Assembly: GCA_963819655.1 (NCBI GenBank)
Contig: CAWFXA010000003.1
Span: 160,001 to 224,000, forward strand
Length of the DNA stretch: 64,000 nt
Direction of reading: 5' to 3'
Source: an uncultured Chloroflexia bacterium
GTDB taxonomy: Bacteria; Chloroflexota; Limnocylindria; Limnocylindrales; CSP1-4
The position numbers and the translations under genes are program-made. This document shows positions 8,654 through 19,757 of this stretch, piece by piece (the stretch's first letter is position 1; every line of letters starts with the position of its first letter). The notes beneath the pieces were generated by a model. The model was not told the DNA's origin and did not search any database. It worked only from the letters and a program-made list of their open reading frames with translations.

Positions 8654-11600
8654 ATGCCGGCCGCTACTAAGCCGACGTCGGTGCTGATCCTCGGCAGCGG
8701 GCCCGTCGTCATCGGCCAGGCGGCGGAGTTCGACTATGCCGGCACGCAGGCCTGTCGCGCGCTGCGGGCGGAGGGTGTGCGCACGATCCTCGTCAACTCG
8801 AACCCGGCCACGATCATGACCGACCCCCAGGTCGCCGACGTCATCTACCTCGAGCCGCTGACGGTCGAGGCGGTCGAGGCGGTCATCGCCCGCGAGCGAC
8901 CCGACGGGGTCCTCGCGGGCCTTGGCGGCCAGACCGCCCTCAACCTGGCCATGGCGCTGGCGGAAGCCGGCGCCTTCGAGCGCTACGACGTCCGGCTCCT
9001 CGGGACGCCGCTCGAGGCCATCCGCATGGCCGAAGATCGCGAGGCGTTCCGCGACCTGCTCGACCGGATCGGCCAGCCGTATGCCCCGTCGTGGATCGTG
9101 GAGACGCCCGACGATGTCGAAACGGCCCTCCGAGAGATCGGGCTCCCGGCGATCGTGCGACCGGCGTTCACCCTCGGCGGGACCGGTGGCGGCATCGTCG
9201 AGACCGAGGCGGCCTACCGCGAACGCATCCGGGCCGGCCTGCGCGCGAGCCCCATCGGCCAGGTCATGGTCGAGCGCTGCCTCGTCGGTTGGCAGGAGAT
9301 CGAATACGAGGTCATGCGCGACGCCGACGACACGTGCATCGCCGTGTGCTCGATGGAGAACGTCGACCCGCTCGGCGTCCACACCGGCGATTCGATCGTC
9401 GTCGCGCCGGTCCAGACACTGACCGACGCCGTCCACCAGCGTCTCCGCAGCGCGGCGCTCGCGATCATCCGGGCGCTTGGCGTCGAGGGCGGCTGCAACG
9501 TCCAGTTCGCTCTCTCGCCCGACTCCACCGAGTACGCGGTCATCGAGGTCAACCCGCGCGTCTCGCGCTCCAGCGCGCTGGCGAGCAAGGCCACGGGCTA
9601 CCCGATCGCCCGGGTCGCGGCGCAGATCGCGGTCGGGCGGCGGCTCGCCGAGATCCCGAATGTCGTGACCGGCACGACGGTGGCCGCGTTCGAGCCGGCT
9701 CTCGACTACCTCGTCGTCAAGCTGCCACGCTTCCCGTTCGACAAGTTCCCGACCGCCGACCGCACGCTCGGCAGCCAGATGAAGGCCACGGGCGAAGTGA
9801 TGGCGATCGACCGCACGTTCGGCTCGGCGCTCAACAAGGCGCTCCGCGGCCTGGAGCAGGCCGGCGCCGGGCCGCTGGCCGAGGATCCGTCGTGGACGCC
9901 GGCGTTCGACTACCTGGCCGGGGTCTACGCCGGCGATCCCGACGAGGACGAGCCGATCCGCTGGGTCGACGACGACCGGTCAGGCCTGCGAATCGACCCG
10001 ACACGCGCAGAGGACCGCCGCCCCGATCGTGCTGCGGCGCTTCCTCGAGCCGTCCGACTCGCGGCTCTGGCGGCTCCTCGGGCTGCTACGGCGAGGCGTC
10101 CCGGAGGCCGTGGTGGGCGAGGCGACGGGGATCTCGGCATGGTTCCTCGCCGAGATGGGCCGCAATGTCGCGCTCGAACGGGAGGTCACCGTCGTGGGAT
10201 CGCGCCTGGCCGACCCCGAGGACGGCGGAGCCGCAGAGCTGCTCGCCACCGCGAAGCGCGCCGGGTTCGGTGACAAGGAGCTCGCCGGACTGGCCGGCAC
10301 GAGCCCGGAGGCGCTGCGGGACGCCCGCCTCGCCCTCGGTATCGTGCCGGGCTACGCCATGGTCGACACGTGCGCCGCCGAATTCGCGGCCGAGACCCCC
10401 TACTTCTACGCGACCTACGCTGCAGCCGGCTCGGCGCCGGAGGCGCCACCGGTCGATCGACCCGCGGCGCTCGTGATCGGCAGCGGCCCGGTCCGGATCG
10501 GGCAGGGGATCGAGTTCGACTACTGCGCAGTGCAGGCCGCCGACACGCTCCGACGCAATGGCTGGCAGGCGGTGATGATCAACTCGAACCCGGAGACCGT
10601 GTCGACCGACTTCGACGCGTCGTCGCGCCTCTATTTCGAGCCGCTCGACCCGGAGAGCGTGCGCAGTGTCATCGACGCGGAGGGCGGGATCCCGGCCATG
10701 GTCGCGTTCGGGGGCCAGACCCCGCTCAACCTTGCCGCGCCGCTCGTGGCTGGTGGCGTGCAACTGCTCGGATCGGATCTCGAGGCCATCGACCAGGCCG
10801 AGGAACGCGTGCGCTTCGCGGCTCTGCTCGACCGCCTCGGCATCCCGCAGCCCGAGGGCGGGATGGCACACAGCATCGAGGAGGCGCTGACGCTGGCCGA
10901 GCGGATCGGCTTCCCGGTCATCGTCCGGCCATCGTTCGTGATCGGCGGCCTGGCGATCGACTTCTGCTATTCGACCGAGGACCTCGAGCGCCAGCTCGCG
11001 CTGGCCACGGTCGTCGACCCGGATCGACCCGTCCGCATCGATCGCTATCTCGAGGGCGTCGAGGTCGATGTCGATGCCGTCAGCGACGGCGTGCGGGTAC
11101 TGATCCCCGGATTGCTCGAGCACGTCGAGCGGGCTGGTGTGCACTCCGGCGACAGCGTCGGCGTCTTCCCCCCGCAGTTCGTCAGCGAGGGCGACCAGGA
11201 CCTCATCGTTGCGACGATGGAACGGGTCGTGCTCGCCCTGGGCGCGAAGGGGCTCGTCAACGCCCAATTCATCGTCCGCGACGACGGCGTCTACCTGATC
11301 GAGGTCAACCCGCGGGCGTCGCGCACCGTGCCCTTCATGTCGAAGGTGACCGGCGTCCCGATGGTCGAACTGGCCGTCCGGATCGCGCTCGGGGCGACGC
11401 TCCCGGATCTCGGCTGGGACGGCGGGCTGCTGCCGACGCCGTCGTTCGTGGCCGTCAAGGCGCCAGCGTTCTCGACCGCGAAGCTGCGAGGGGTCGACCC
11501 ATCGGTCGGTCCTGGCATGCAGTCGACCGGCGAAGTCATCGGCCTGCACGAGGATCCGCGCGTCGCGCTGGCAAAGGCCCTGCTCGGGGCGGCGCTCGTG

Positions 11601-12074
11601 CCGCCGCGCCCCGGCGAAGCAGGGGCTCTCGCCCTGTTGTCCATCGCCGATCGCGACAAGGCGCAGCTGGAGCGGCTCGCCGCCGGCCTGGCGAGGGCCG
11701 GGTATCGGCTTGCGGCGACCCCGGGCACACGCCGCCGGCTCGCGGCGGTCGGTTACGACGCCCGACCGGTGGCCAAGCTCGGCGAAGCGCCCGACGAATC
11801 GATCGGCGAGGTGCCGATCCTGGAGCTGATCGCGAGCGGCGAGGTGCGGCTCGTGGTCAACACCCCGACACCGCGTTCGGGCGCAGTCCGCGACGCAGCG
11901 GAGATCCGCCACGCGGCCACGGGCGAGGGGATCCTGTGCCTCACCGCCATCGAGACCGCGGTCGCCGCCGCGGAGGCGCTTGATCCTGAGGTCGCCGAGC
12001 GGCTCTCCAGCGTGCGTCCACTCGGCGAGTGGGTGCCGGAGCCGGGTCAGCCGCGGCTGGTCGCGACCGCCTGA
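8654..12074 (+). CDS. carB: Carbamoyl-phosphate synthase large subunit (one +1 frameshift near 9977)
   Basis: [26 protein letters not shown], second half [16 protein letters not shown]-terminal MGS domain; split over ORFs 8621..10273 and 10029..12074. Confidence 0.95.
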
Positions 12075-13441
12075 TCAGCGCCGGCCTCCGCCGGCGTCAC
12101 GACGATCGCCTGGCCCAGCGACCAGAGCGTCAGCGTCGTCAGGGCGACCATCACGATCGCGAGCGGGATCTGGCGGACAGTGAGCGGTCGGCCCTCGAGA
12201 CCGGCCGGCGCCTCGAGCGCGGCGACCACGTGCCCACCCCACGCCCCGAGCATGTGGCCGCCGACGACGGCCGCGAGTTGCGCGGTCCACACGAGGCCCG
12301 GCGGCAGCCACGCCCCGCTCGGCACGAAGAACGCGGTCCCGACCAGATCCCAGCCCCTCTGGAATGGGTCGGATATGGCGATGACGATCCGTTGTCCGTC
12401 GATCAGCAGGTAGGTCAGGTAGTGCGCGATGAGATAGCCGACGGCGATCGGGAGCAGGCCCGCGCCGGTCGCAGCGACCCCGACGAACCGGGTCACGGCC
12501 AAGGCGGCGACCACGACGATCCCGAGGAACGCGGCGAGCAGCACCGTCTGGATCGGAAGGGCGGGGAACCCGAACGCCTCGAACCAGATCTGCGTCTGCG
12601 ACAGCCCGTCGAAAAGGATCGAGCCGACCGCGAGGGCCACCATCACGACATCCGCCAGCGTCCAACCGGGCTCCAGCAGCCCGCTCGCGAAAGAACGTCG
12701 ACGCACGCGTCCCGTCTCATCGACGAGTGCGTACGGAGCCAGCCGGCCGAGGAGGCGGAACCAGACCGTGAAGACCTCGGCGGTCGATCGCCACGTGTCG
12801 CGCCCGTACTGAGCCATCATCGCCAGCGTCAGGGCCGTATAGCCGACGAGCACGATGAACAGGACCTGGGGCCCCGCCTCGAGCACGAGCTCGAGCCAGA
12901 CGACGACCGCAAAGCCGACGACGGCCGGCCAGCGACCGAGCCTCGCTGGGTAGTCGGCCAGGTCCCACGGCCGCACGCCGAGCCGGCGGACGACCCATGC
13001 GCCCATGTCGAACAGGGTCGAGAACGGGTCCAGCCATTGCCAGATCGGCCCGACCAGGGCTGAGATCGCGGCCACGCCGACCCAGCCATAGACCCACAGG
13101 AAAAGCGTCGCGACCTCGGCGCTGCTGGTCCCCCCGGCGATCCCCTGGGCGACGATCCACAGCCAGCCGATCAGGCCCACGGCCCGCAGGAAGAGTCGGA
13201 GCGGGGCAGGGGGGAGATGGCCGCGATCACTCGTATCGGGGCGTTCCGCGCGCACGTCGCGCACGAGCACGAACACGAAGGACAGCGCGACCGTCGCCGC
13301 GGCCCCGGCAAGGTAGACAGCGAGCGGAAGCCGGCTCGTGTAGGTCGGGTTGAGCGAATGGGCCGCAACCCCGACAGGGGCAGCCAGCACGACCAGCGAG
13401 CCGCCGGCAACCGCGCCGACGAGGGCCCAGGCGCGTCGCAT
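12047..13441 (-). CDS. Polytopic membrane protein with signal peptide and predicted mature N-terminal His
   Basis: About 10 TM helices, VAA-HSL cleavage site, IAHY and GHMLG motifs; starts 2 nt after the copC stop. Confidence 0.75.
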   Translation of the reverse strand: MRRAWALVGAVAGGSLVVLAAPVGVAAHSLNPTYTSRLPLAVYLAGAAATVALSFVFVLVRDVRAERPDTSDRGHLPPAPLRLFLRAVGLIGWLWIVAQGIAGGTSSAEVATLFLWVYGWVGVAAISALVGPIWQWLDPFSTLFDMGAWVVRRLGVRPWDLADYPARLGRWPAVVGFAVVVWLELVLEAGPQVLFIVLVGYTALTLAMMAQYGRDTWRSTAEVFTVWFRLLGRLAPYALVDETGRVRRRSFASGLLEPGWTLADVVMVALAVGSILFDGLSQTQIWFEAFGFPALPIQTVLLAAFLGIVVVAALAVTRFVGVAATGAGLLPIAVGYLIAHYLTYLLIDGQRIVIAISDPFQRGWDLVGTAFFVPSGAWLPPGLVWTAQLAAVVGGHMLGAWGGHVVAALEAPAGLEGRPLTVRQIPLAIVMVALTTLTLWSLGQAIVVTPAEAGADQAVATSRG

Positions 13442-13443
13442 CG

Positions 13444-14064
13444 TCAGCGGCCGGCTCGGCTGCGGTTGAGCAGGAACCCGGCGAGGACGAGCACGAGCGC
13501 GAAGGCCGCGATGATCGGCAGCAGCACGTCGGTGGTCGACGACGTCGGCCCCCCGGGTTCGGCGGACGGGGTCGGGCTCGGGCTCGCGGATGGCGCGGCG
13601 GATGGGGTCGCCTCCGGCGTCGGCGAGCTCGTCGCCGGCGCGGACGTCCCCGCCGCTGGGCTCGGTGTCGGAGCCGCGGTCGCCGCGACCTCCACCGTGA
13701 AGATCCACGTCAGCCGCTCGATGTCGCCGTCCTCGGCTGAGATGGACGTCGACCTGACGGTGTACGTGCCGTTCGTCAATGGGACGTCGGGCCGAGCCAG
13801 CATCCGTCGGGCGTCCCCAGGGCCGACGCCGCCCTCCGCGACGATCGCGCCGCTGGCATCGAGCACATCGAGACTGCTGGCGGACGTCAGGTCCTGGGAG
13901 TACCGACCGCTGACGAGGGTCACGGGTTCCGTCACCGTCGACCCGTCCGGGGGGATGGCCCGGACCAGCTCGGCGTGTGCGAACGCGGTGGCCGGGATGG
14001 TGGCCAGGACGGCGGCGGCTGCCGCGACCAGCACGAGGCGCCGGGCGCCGATCCGTGATGTCAT
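13444..14064 (-). CDS. copC: CopC-family copper-binding protein with C-terminal membrane anchor
   Basis: AFA-HAELV..P.DG, GTYTV...S.EDG, Pro/Ser linker, C-terminal TM. Confidence 0.8.
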   Translation of the reverse strand: MTSRIGARRLVLVAAAAAVLATIPATAFAHAELVRAIPPDGSTVTEPVTLVSGRYSQDLTSASSLDVLDASGAIVAEGGVGPGDARRMLARPDVPLTNGTYTVRSTSISAEDGDIERLTWIFTVEVAATAAPTPSPAAGTSAPATSSPTPEATPSAAPSASPSPTPSAEPGGPTSSTTDVLLPIIAAFALVLVLAGFLLNRSRAGR

Positions 14065-14175
14065 GGGCGGAGCATACGGAACATCCAACGGGCGGGTCGC
14101 CGCCCGGCCCCGACCGATCCGACGGGGTACGATCGACCGCACTCCACCGACCATGTGCCCTACCAGGAGCTCTGC

Positions 14176-15525
14176 GTGCCGACCACCCGCGTCCCGACCG
14201 TGACCTTCAGAGACGAACGCCTCGCGAACGGGCTCCGACTGATCGTCGCGGAAGACCATCTCGCCCCGGTCGTGGCGATCAACGTGTGGTACGACGTCGG
14301 ATCGAAGCACGAACAGCCCGGCAAGACGGGATTCGCCCACCTCTTCGAGCACGTGATGTTCCAAGGCTCGAAACACGTCGCCAAGGCCGAGCACATCGCG
14401 CTCATCCAGGCTGCCGGCGGCACGATGAACGGGACGACCTGGCTCGACCGGACCAACTATTTCGAGACGCTGCCGTCCCACGAGCTCGATCTCGGCCTGT
14501 GGCTCGAAGCCGACCGGATGGCCACGCTGCTCGATGCGCTCAGCCAGGAGAACCTCGACAACCAGCGCGAGGTCGTCAAGAACGAGAAGCGCTGGTCGTA
14601 CGACAACCGGCCGTACGGGTCGTGGCAGGAGAAGCTGCAGGCGCACCTCTTCCCGCCGGAGCATCCCTACCACCACTCGACGATCGGCTCGATGGCCGAT
14701 CTCGACGCGGCGTCGCTGGACGACGTGAAGGCCTTCTTCCGCACCTACTACGCCCCGAACAACGCCGTGCTGTCGGTCGTCGGGGACGTCGACGCAGCCG
14801 CGGTACGCGCAAGCGCCGAGCGCTACTTCGGTGCGATCCCGGCGAACCCGTCGATCCCGCCGCTGGGCGACCTGTCGTTGCCGCCGACCCTCGGTCACGA
14901 GGTCCGCGAGATCGTCCACGACCGCGTACCGCTGCCGCGCATCTACTTTGGTTTCCGCGCGCCGATCTACGGCGACACGCGCCTCGACGCGCTCGAAGTG
15001 GCCGGCCAGATCCTGGCCGGTGGCAAGGGCAGCCGGCTGCATCGCCGACTGGTCCGCGAGGAGCGGATCGCCCAGGACGTGGCGCTGTTCACGCTGGGCT
15101 TCATCGGCGGGGCCTCGGTGTCGGCGGGCTGGGCGACGGTCCGTCCCGGCATCTCGGTCGATCGCGTGGAGCGCGCCTTCCACGAGGAGCTCGAGCGACT
15201 GGCCGTGGAACCGGTGAGCCAGGACGAGCTGGCTCGTGCATTCGCGCTGATCGAGGCCGACGAGCTGGGTGCCCTGCAGCGCGTGGAGGAACGGGCCGAT
15301 CGGCTGTCGATGTACGCGACACTGTTCGACCGGCCCGCGCTCATCAACGAGATGCTGGGCCGATACCTGTCGGTCACACCCGAGGCGATCCTCGAGGTGG
15401 CGGCAGCGACATTCCGCCCGGACAACAGGCTCGTCCTGACATACCTGCCGGAGACTCCGTCCGCGGACAGTGAGGCGAACGACGCCGACGAGCGCGAGAC
15501 GGCCGACGAGGAGGTTGCGGCGTGA
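14176..15525 (+). CDS. M16 (pitrilysin-family) zinc peptidase, catalytic subunit
   Basis: FAHLFEH (HxxEH), NGTT..DRTNY; AGGAG RBS before GTG. Confidence 0.93.
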   Translation: MPTTRVPTVTFRDERLANGLRLIVAEDHLAPVVAINVWYDVGSKHEQPGKTGFAHLFEHVMFQGSKHVAKAEHIALIQAAGGTMNGTTWLDRTNYFETLPSHELDLGLWLEADRMATLLDALSQENLDNQREVVKNEKRWSYDNRPYGSWQEKLQAHLFPPEHPYHHSTIGSMADLDAASLDDVKAFFRTYYAPNNAVLSVVGDVDAAAVRASAERYFGAIPANPSIPPLGDLSLPPTLGHEVREIVHDRVPLPRIYFGFRAPIYGDTRLDALEVAGQILAGGKGSRLHRRLVREERIAQDVALFTLGFIGGASVSAGWATVRPGISVDRVERAFHEELERLAVEPVSQDELARAFALIEADELGALQRVEERADRLSMYATLFDRPALINEMLGRYLSVTPEAILEVAAATFRPDNRLVLTYLPETPSADSEANDADERETADEEVAA

Positions 15526-17078
15526 CCGCCGAGAGCCCGGAGCGGGACGGCGTCGTCGTCGCCCAGCGGCCGGCGCCCGGCACACCCCGGCCATACGACT
15601 TTCCCGAGGTGACACGCACGCAGCTCGACAACGGGTTGACGGTCATGATCGCCGACCTGCCGGGCAGGCCGCTGGTGAGCGCCTCGATCGTGATCCCGGT
15701 CGGCGCGTCGGATGAGCCGCCAAACCAGGCCGGTGCGGCTGTCCTTGCCGCGCGCGCACTGACCGAGGGCACGGAGCACTACGACGCGGTCGGGCTGACC
15801 GAGGCGTCGGAGCGGCTCGGGGCGTCCATCCATGCCGAGGCCGGCTGGGACGCGACCAGCGTCGGGGTCGATGTCCCGTCGACGAGGCTGGAGCCGGCGC
15901 TGGAGCTGCTGGCCGAGGTCCTCCTCCGGCCGACCTTCCCGGCGAGCGAGGTCGAGCGCCTGCGCGACGAGCGGCTGAACGACCTGCTGCAGGCGCAGGC
16001 CGACCCTCGCCGGCGCGCCGACGAGACGTTCATCGGCACGATCTACGCTCCGGCGTCGCCGTACCACCGGCCATCCGCCGGGACGAAGGAGACCGTCGAG
16101 GGCCTCGACGACGCGGCGGCCCGCCGCGCGTACGAACGGATCCTCGATCCGTCCCGCGCCACGCTCGTGGTCGGCGGCGACCTCGGCGGCCAGGATGTCG
16201 TCGAGCTCGCCCGGCGGCTGTTCGGCGAGTGGTCGCGACACGACGACGCTGCCGATCCGGGTTCGGTCGACGACCAGGGCGCCGGGAGCGGCCGGCTGGT
16301 CCGCGTCGTGCATCGACCGGGGAGCGTCCAGACAGAGATCCGGATCGGCCACCCCGGTCTGCCTCGACGCGTTCCCGATTACCACGCCGTGTCCGTCATG
16401 AGCGCGATCCTCGGCGGGCTGTTCAATTCGCGGCTGAACATGCAGCTCCGCGAGGCCAAGGGCTACACCTACGGGGCCGGCGCCGGCTTCGACATGCGCC
16501 GCGGGGCTGGGCCCTTCACGGCCAGGGCTGCCGTGAATACCGAGGTCACGGTGCCTGCGGTGATCGACACGCTCGCGGAGCTCGAACGCATGCGCGACAG
16601 CCGCATCGAAGACAGCGAGCTCGCGGCAGCCCGCGACTTCCTGGTCGGCGTCTTTCCGCTGCGCTTCGAGACACCCGGTGCGGTCGTCGGGGCCGTCGCG
16701 GGCCTGGCGGTCCACGGGCTCCCGCTCGAGGAGTTGACCGATTACCGCGCGCGTGTCGAGGCGGTCGACATCGACGCGGTCGAGGCCGCGGCGCGCGCGC
16801 ATCTCGCGGTCGATCGGGCGGCGATCGTCCTGGTCGGCGATGTCGACGCGTTCGGTGCGGATCTCGAGGCGGCCGGGCTCGGACGGCTCGTGATCGATCG
16901 GGACGAGCCCGCCGGCGCCCGGATGGCGCCAGAACCGGAGGTCGCCGCCGCGGTCGGACCGACCGACGAGGGCGACGAGGCAGGTCCCACCGCCGGAGCC
17001 GAGGACCCGAGCCTGCCCGGCTCGGACGAACCGGCCGCCTCCGATGTCACGAGCGGGGACTCGGACGCAGGCGCCTGA
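15522..17078 (+). CDS. M16 peptidase, non-catalytic partner subunit
   Basis: No HxxEH; SRL...LRE.KGYTYG motif; GTGA overlap with upstream gene; acidic tail. Confidence 0.9.
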   Translation: MTAESPERDGVVVAQRPAPGTPRPYDFPEVTRTQLDNGLTVMIADLPGRPLVSASIVIPVGASDEPPNQAGAAVLAARALTEGTEHYDAVGLTEASERLGASIHAEAGWDATSVGVDVPSTRLEPALELLAEVLLRPTFPASEVERLRDERLNDLLQAQADPRRRADETFIGTIYAPASPYHRPSAGTKETVEGLDDAAARRAYERILDPSRATLVVGGDLGGQDVVELARRLFGEWSRHDDAADPGSVDDQGAGSGRLVRVVHRPGSVQTEIRIGHPGLPRRVPDYHAVSVMSAILGGLFNSRLNMQLREAKGYTYGAGAGFDMRRGAGPFTARAAVNTEVTVPAVIDTLAELERMRDSRIEDSELAAARDFLVGVFPLRFETPGAVVGAVAGLAVHGLPLEELTDYRARVEAVDIDAVEAAARAHLAVDRAAIVLVGDVDAFGADLEAAGLGRLVIDRDEPAGARMAPEPEVAAAVGPTDEGDEAGPTAGAEDPSLPGSDEPAASDVTSGDSDAGA

Positions 17079-17117
17079 ATAACCTTCGGGACGGCGATAC
17101 CTCGAGGATCCGCAGCC

Positions 17118-18599
17118 CTATTGGACGAGACCGGCTCCGCTGAGTTGGAGGGCAGTATCCGGATCGTATGTGACCGTCACGTTGCCGTTGCCGCCAACAT
17201 CGAACTCGTCGCAGATGACCTGGGCATCTAACACGTTCCCGGTTCCGTTCCCCTCGTAGGAGAACAGCGCGTTAGGGATATAGATGGTCCCCGAATACGT
17301 CGACGTCGCGTTTCCGGTGATCTTGAGCGGCGGCTGACTCGACGCATCGCGATCCTGGAAGAACAGCAGGTTCGTGTAGACCAGCCCCTGGTAGCCGCGC
17401 ATCCGGATGTCTCCGCCCGCCGTGTTTCGGAAGTCGATCGGACGGATGCAGTTGCCTGACGTGCCGCAGGTCGGACCGTCCGTGTTGTAGATCATCACGC
17501 CGCCGGAAGCGGTCGCGTAGCTCGTACCACCAGGGTCGACCGTGATGAGGTTGACGCCGCCGTCTACCAGGAAACCGCCGCCCGCCATGACGTAGAGGCC
17601 CGGTTCCATGTAGACCGTCAGCTGTCGAGCAGCATTTGGCTCTGAAAGATTGATCCCGCCGTAGTAGACGCCTGGGTAGATCCGCACGACAGACGGCGAA
17701 GTCTTTGGTTGTATGACGCACAGCTTCGGTGACGCTGCCGTCGCCCCTGCCGGCATGCCCGGACAATCATCGACCTTGTTGGTGAGGTCGCCGCCTGAAA
17801 CCAGAAGGGGCACATTCGGGGGGTCCGGAACGGCCGTGCCACCGGGTGAAGGCCCATCTAGACCGGCCAAGGGATCACTGATCGGCGGTGCTCCCTCAGA
17901 GTACGAACCGCAAACCGCCGTTGCTGACGGGCCGATGTCGATAGTTCCGACCGTGCCGCAGTTTCCCGCAACGTCGACGACCGTGCGGTTCCCATCAAAC
18001 ACCAGGGCGCCCGGTGACGTGCAGTCGGAGAGGACCATCACATCGCCTTCGACATGCAGCGTGCCGTTCCCGTGCGCGTGGCCGGCTTTGCATGTCGACG
18101 GGTCCAGGGCGAGGAAGGAGAAGGGAAACGAGTAGTCGTCGATATTCGCCGCGACGGCCATCGAGGCAACGCGGAAGCTCGTCATGCCAAGGACGCCCGC
18201 GAAATACGACGCGCGGGTGTTGGCGATCCCGACCTGGATGTGCCCCGGAAATCCGGCGAACCGCGTGGTGTTGTCAGGGGGGATCTTCACCGTGACTTGC
18301 GCTGTCGCGTACCCATGGAGCGTTGTGATCTCGCGCGCCGCGGCCTCCGCCTGAGGGCACGAAGCGAGGGACGGAGCCGCCTTGCAGGCCGGCTCTACGA
18401 GATATCTCGCGCCGGCCAGGGCGGCTGCATCGGACGCATCCTGTTGCATGCGTCGCTCGAACAGGTTCTGACCGACATCGAACACCAGTGCCGCAACGGC
18501 GATGATCCCGATCAGGCCGAAAGCGAAGATCGCAAGGACCTGCCCTCGCGTCCGTTCGCGACCCACGTCAATGGTTGATGACAAGGGTCGAGCCTCCAT
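17118..18599 (-). CDS. TadG-like Flp pilus-associated protein (large Cys/Gly-rich C-terminal domain)
   Basis: RGQ.L..F prepilin-like site, VFDVG...MQQDASDAAALAGA; start approximate. Confidence 0.8.
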   Translation of the reverse strand: MEARPLSSTIDVGRERTRGQVLAIFAFGLIGIIAVAALVFDVGQNLFERRMQQDASDAAALAGARYLVEPACKAAPSLASCPQAEAAAREITTLHGYATAQVTVKIPPDNTTRFAGFPGHIQVGIANTRASYFAGVLGMTSFRVASMAVAANIDDYSFPFSFLALDPSTCKAGHAHGNGTLHVEGDVMVLSDCTSPGALVFDGNRTVVDVAGNCGTVGTIDIGPSATAVCGSYSEGAPPISDPLAGLDGPSPGGTAVPDPPNVPLLVSGGDLTNKVDDCPGMPAGATAASPKLCVIQPKTSPSVVRIYPGVYYGGINLSEPNAARQLTVYMEPGLYVMAGGGFLVDGGVNLITVDPGGTSYATASGGVMIYNTDGPTCGTSGNCIRPIDFRNTAGGDIRMRGYQGLVYTNLLFFQDRDASSQPPLKITGNATSTYSGTIYIPNALFSYEGNGTGNVLDAQVICDEFDVGGNGNVTVTYDPDTALQLSGAGLVQ

Positions 18600-19068
18600 T
18601 GAGAGTGAACGATGGGACAGGGGTAAACCCGGAGATGACCGGCCGGTACACGTAGGCGACGTCGACCTGGACTGTCTGACCCCGCTCGTTCGTGCCGTCG
18701 CCCAACGTTCCTGGACAGGCAGTGGTGTCACACCACTTGACCGTCACGGCGAAGTCAGCTGGACCCGAATCGATCACCGCGATGGCGTGGTCCTTGACGA
18801 CCCCGATGACCCGAGCGCCGTTCGGGTCGAACGGATTCGAGCCGTAGCCGACCGGCATCGGCCCACTGGGACACCTGGATTCGGCGCCGCACACGATGGC
18901 GTAGCGGGCACCCTCACGAGCGGCGTTGTTCAGCATCTGGATGTAGTAGATCGCCCGGCCGAACTCGATCAGCGTGAAGAGCAGGAAGAAAAAGAACGGC
19001 GCGACAAGGGCAAATTCGACGAGTGCCTGTGCCCGGTGCCGTCGATCGCGTCTCGCCATCTCACGCAC
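18568..19068 (-). CDS. TadE-like minor pilin
   Basis: AQALVEFALV, LNNAAREGARYA. Confidence 0.88.
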   Translation of the reverse strand: MREMARRDRRHRAQALVEFALVAPFFFFLLFTLIEFGRAIYYIQMLNNAAREGARYAIVCGAESRCPSGPMPVGYGSNPFDPNGARVIGVVKDHAIAVIDSGPADFAVTVKWCDTTACPGTLGDGTNERGQTVQVDVAYVYRPVISGFTPVPSFTLNGGSTLVINH

Positions 19069-19612
19069 CCGTCAGATCGGAGATGGCAAACACGCTTTCG
19101 CGCGTGAGGGTGAAGGTGGAAGGTAACGGCGGCAGATCGAAGAACGTTCGGAATTCGAAGGTCACCGTGACGTGGATCCGGCAGGGCTCGACGAGCCCGG
19201 TCCGTCCACCGCACTCGGTCACCCCCGATGGCTTCTGCAGAGACCACGTCATCGCCGGGTTCGTGTCGCAGTTGCCGTTCGCATTGTTGAACCCGGCAAG
19301 CCGAGAGGTGGCGACGCAGGCACGACGCTTCATCTCGTCAACATTTGTCCCCCAGGGGGAATAGGCCTCTTGCCAGGCATCGGACCCGAGAAAGGCGCCG
19401 TAGTCCGCGGCCTCTCGCGCGGCGGATTCCGTCGCGACCGCCGCGGTGAAGACGCGGCCGAAATCGCCGATCGCGACTGCCAGTAGGAACAGGATCGGGA
19501 CGATGAGTGCGAACTCGGCCAATGACTGGCCGCGGCTCGACCGGACATGCGATCGGGCGGGAAGGGGGAGGCGGCCGATGGCGACCCGGCGCCAGTTGGG
19601 GGAGATATTCAT
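19061..19612 (-). CDS. TadE-like minor pilin
   Basis: RGQSLAEFALIVP, SAAREAA. Confidence 0.85.
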   Translation of the reverse strand: MNISPNWRRVAIGRLPLPARSHVRSSRGQSLAEFALIVPILFLLAVAIGDFGRVFTAAVATESAAREAADYGAFLGSDAWQEAYSPWGTNVDEMKRRACVATSRLAGFNNANGNCDTNPAMTWSLQKPSGVTECGGRTGLVEPCRIHVTVTFEFRTFFDLPPLPSTFTLTRESVFAISDLTGA

Positions 19613-19757
19613 ATGACGCTCTGCCGCTGTGACTTTAGGTTCCCCGAGGCCGCCGATAGTACTGGTAGGAACCTTGCAATCAACCTGACGAAATACCTAT
19701 TCCGTTGTCCTGCAGCAACGAGAGGTATGGCGCGGTAGGGACCGGTACAGTGCGGGC

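Noticed and set aside
9960-10030. Programmed frameshift or naturally split carB
   Set aside because: No slippery sequence; same +1 pattern as seven other genes, which points to sequencing error
10086-11912. Long antisense and alternate-frame ORFs (also 14967..16802, 26496..28526, 33464..35542, 38073..40085)
   Set aside because: Shadows of real genes in high-GC DNA; Arg/Pro-rich with no recognisable motifs
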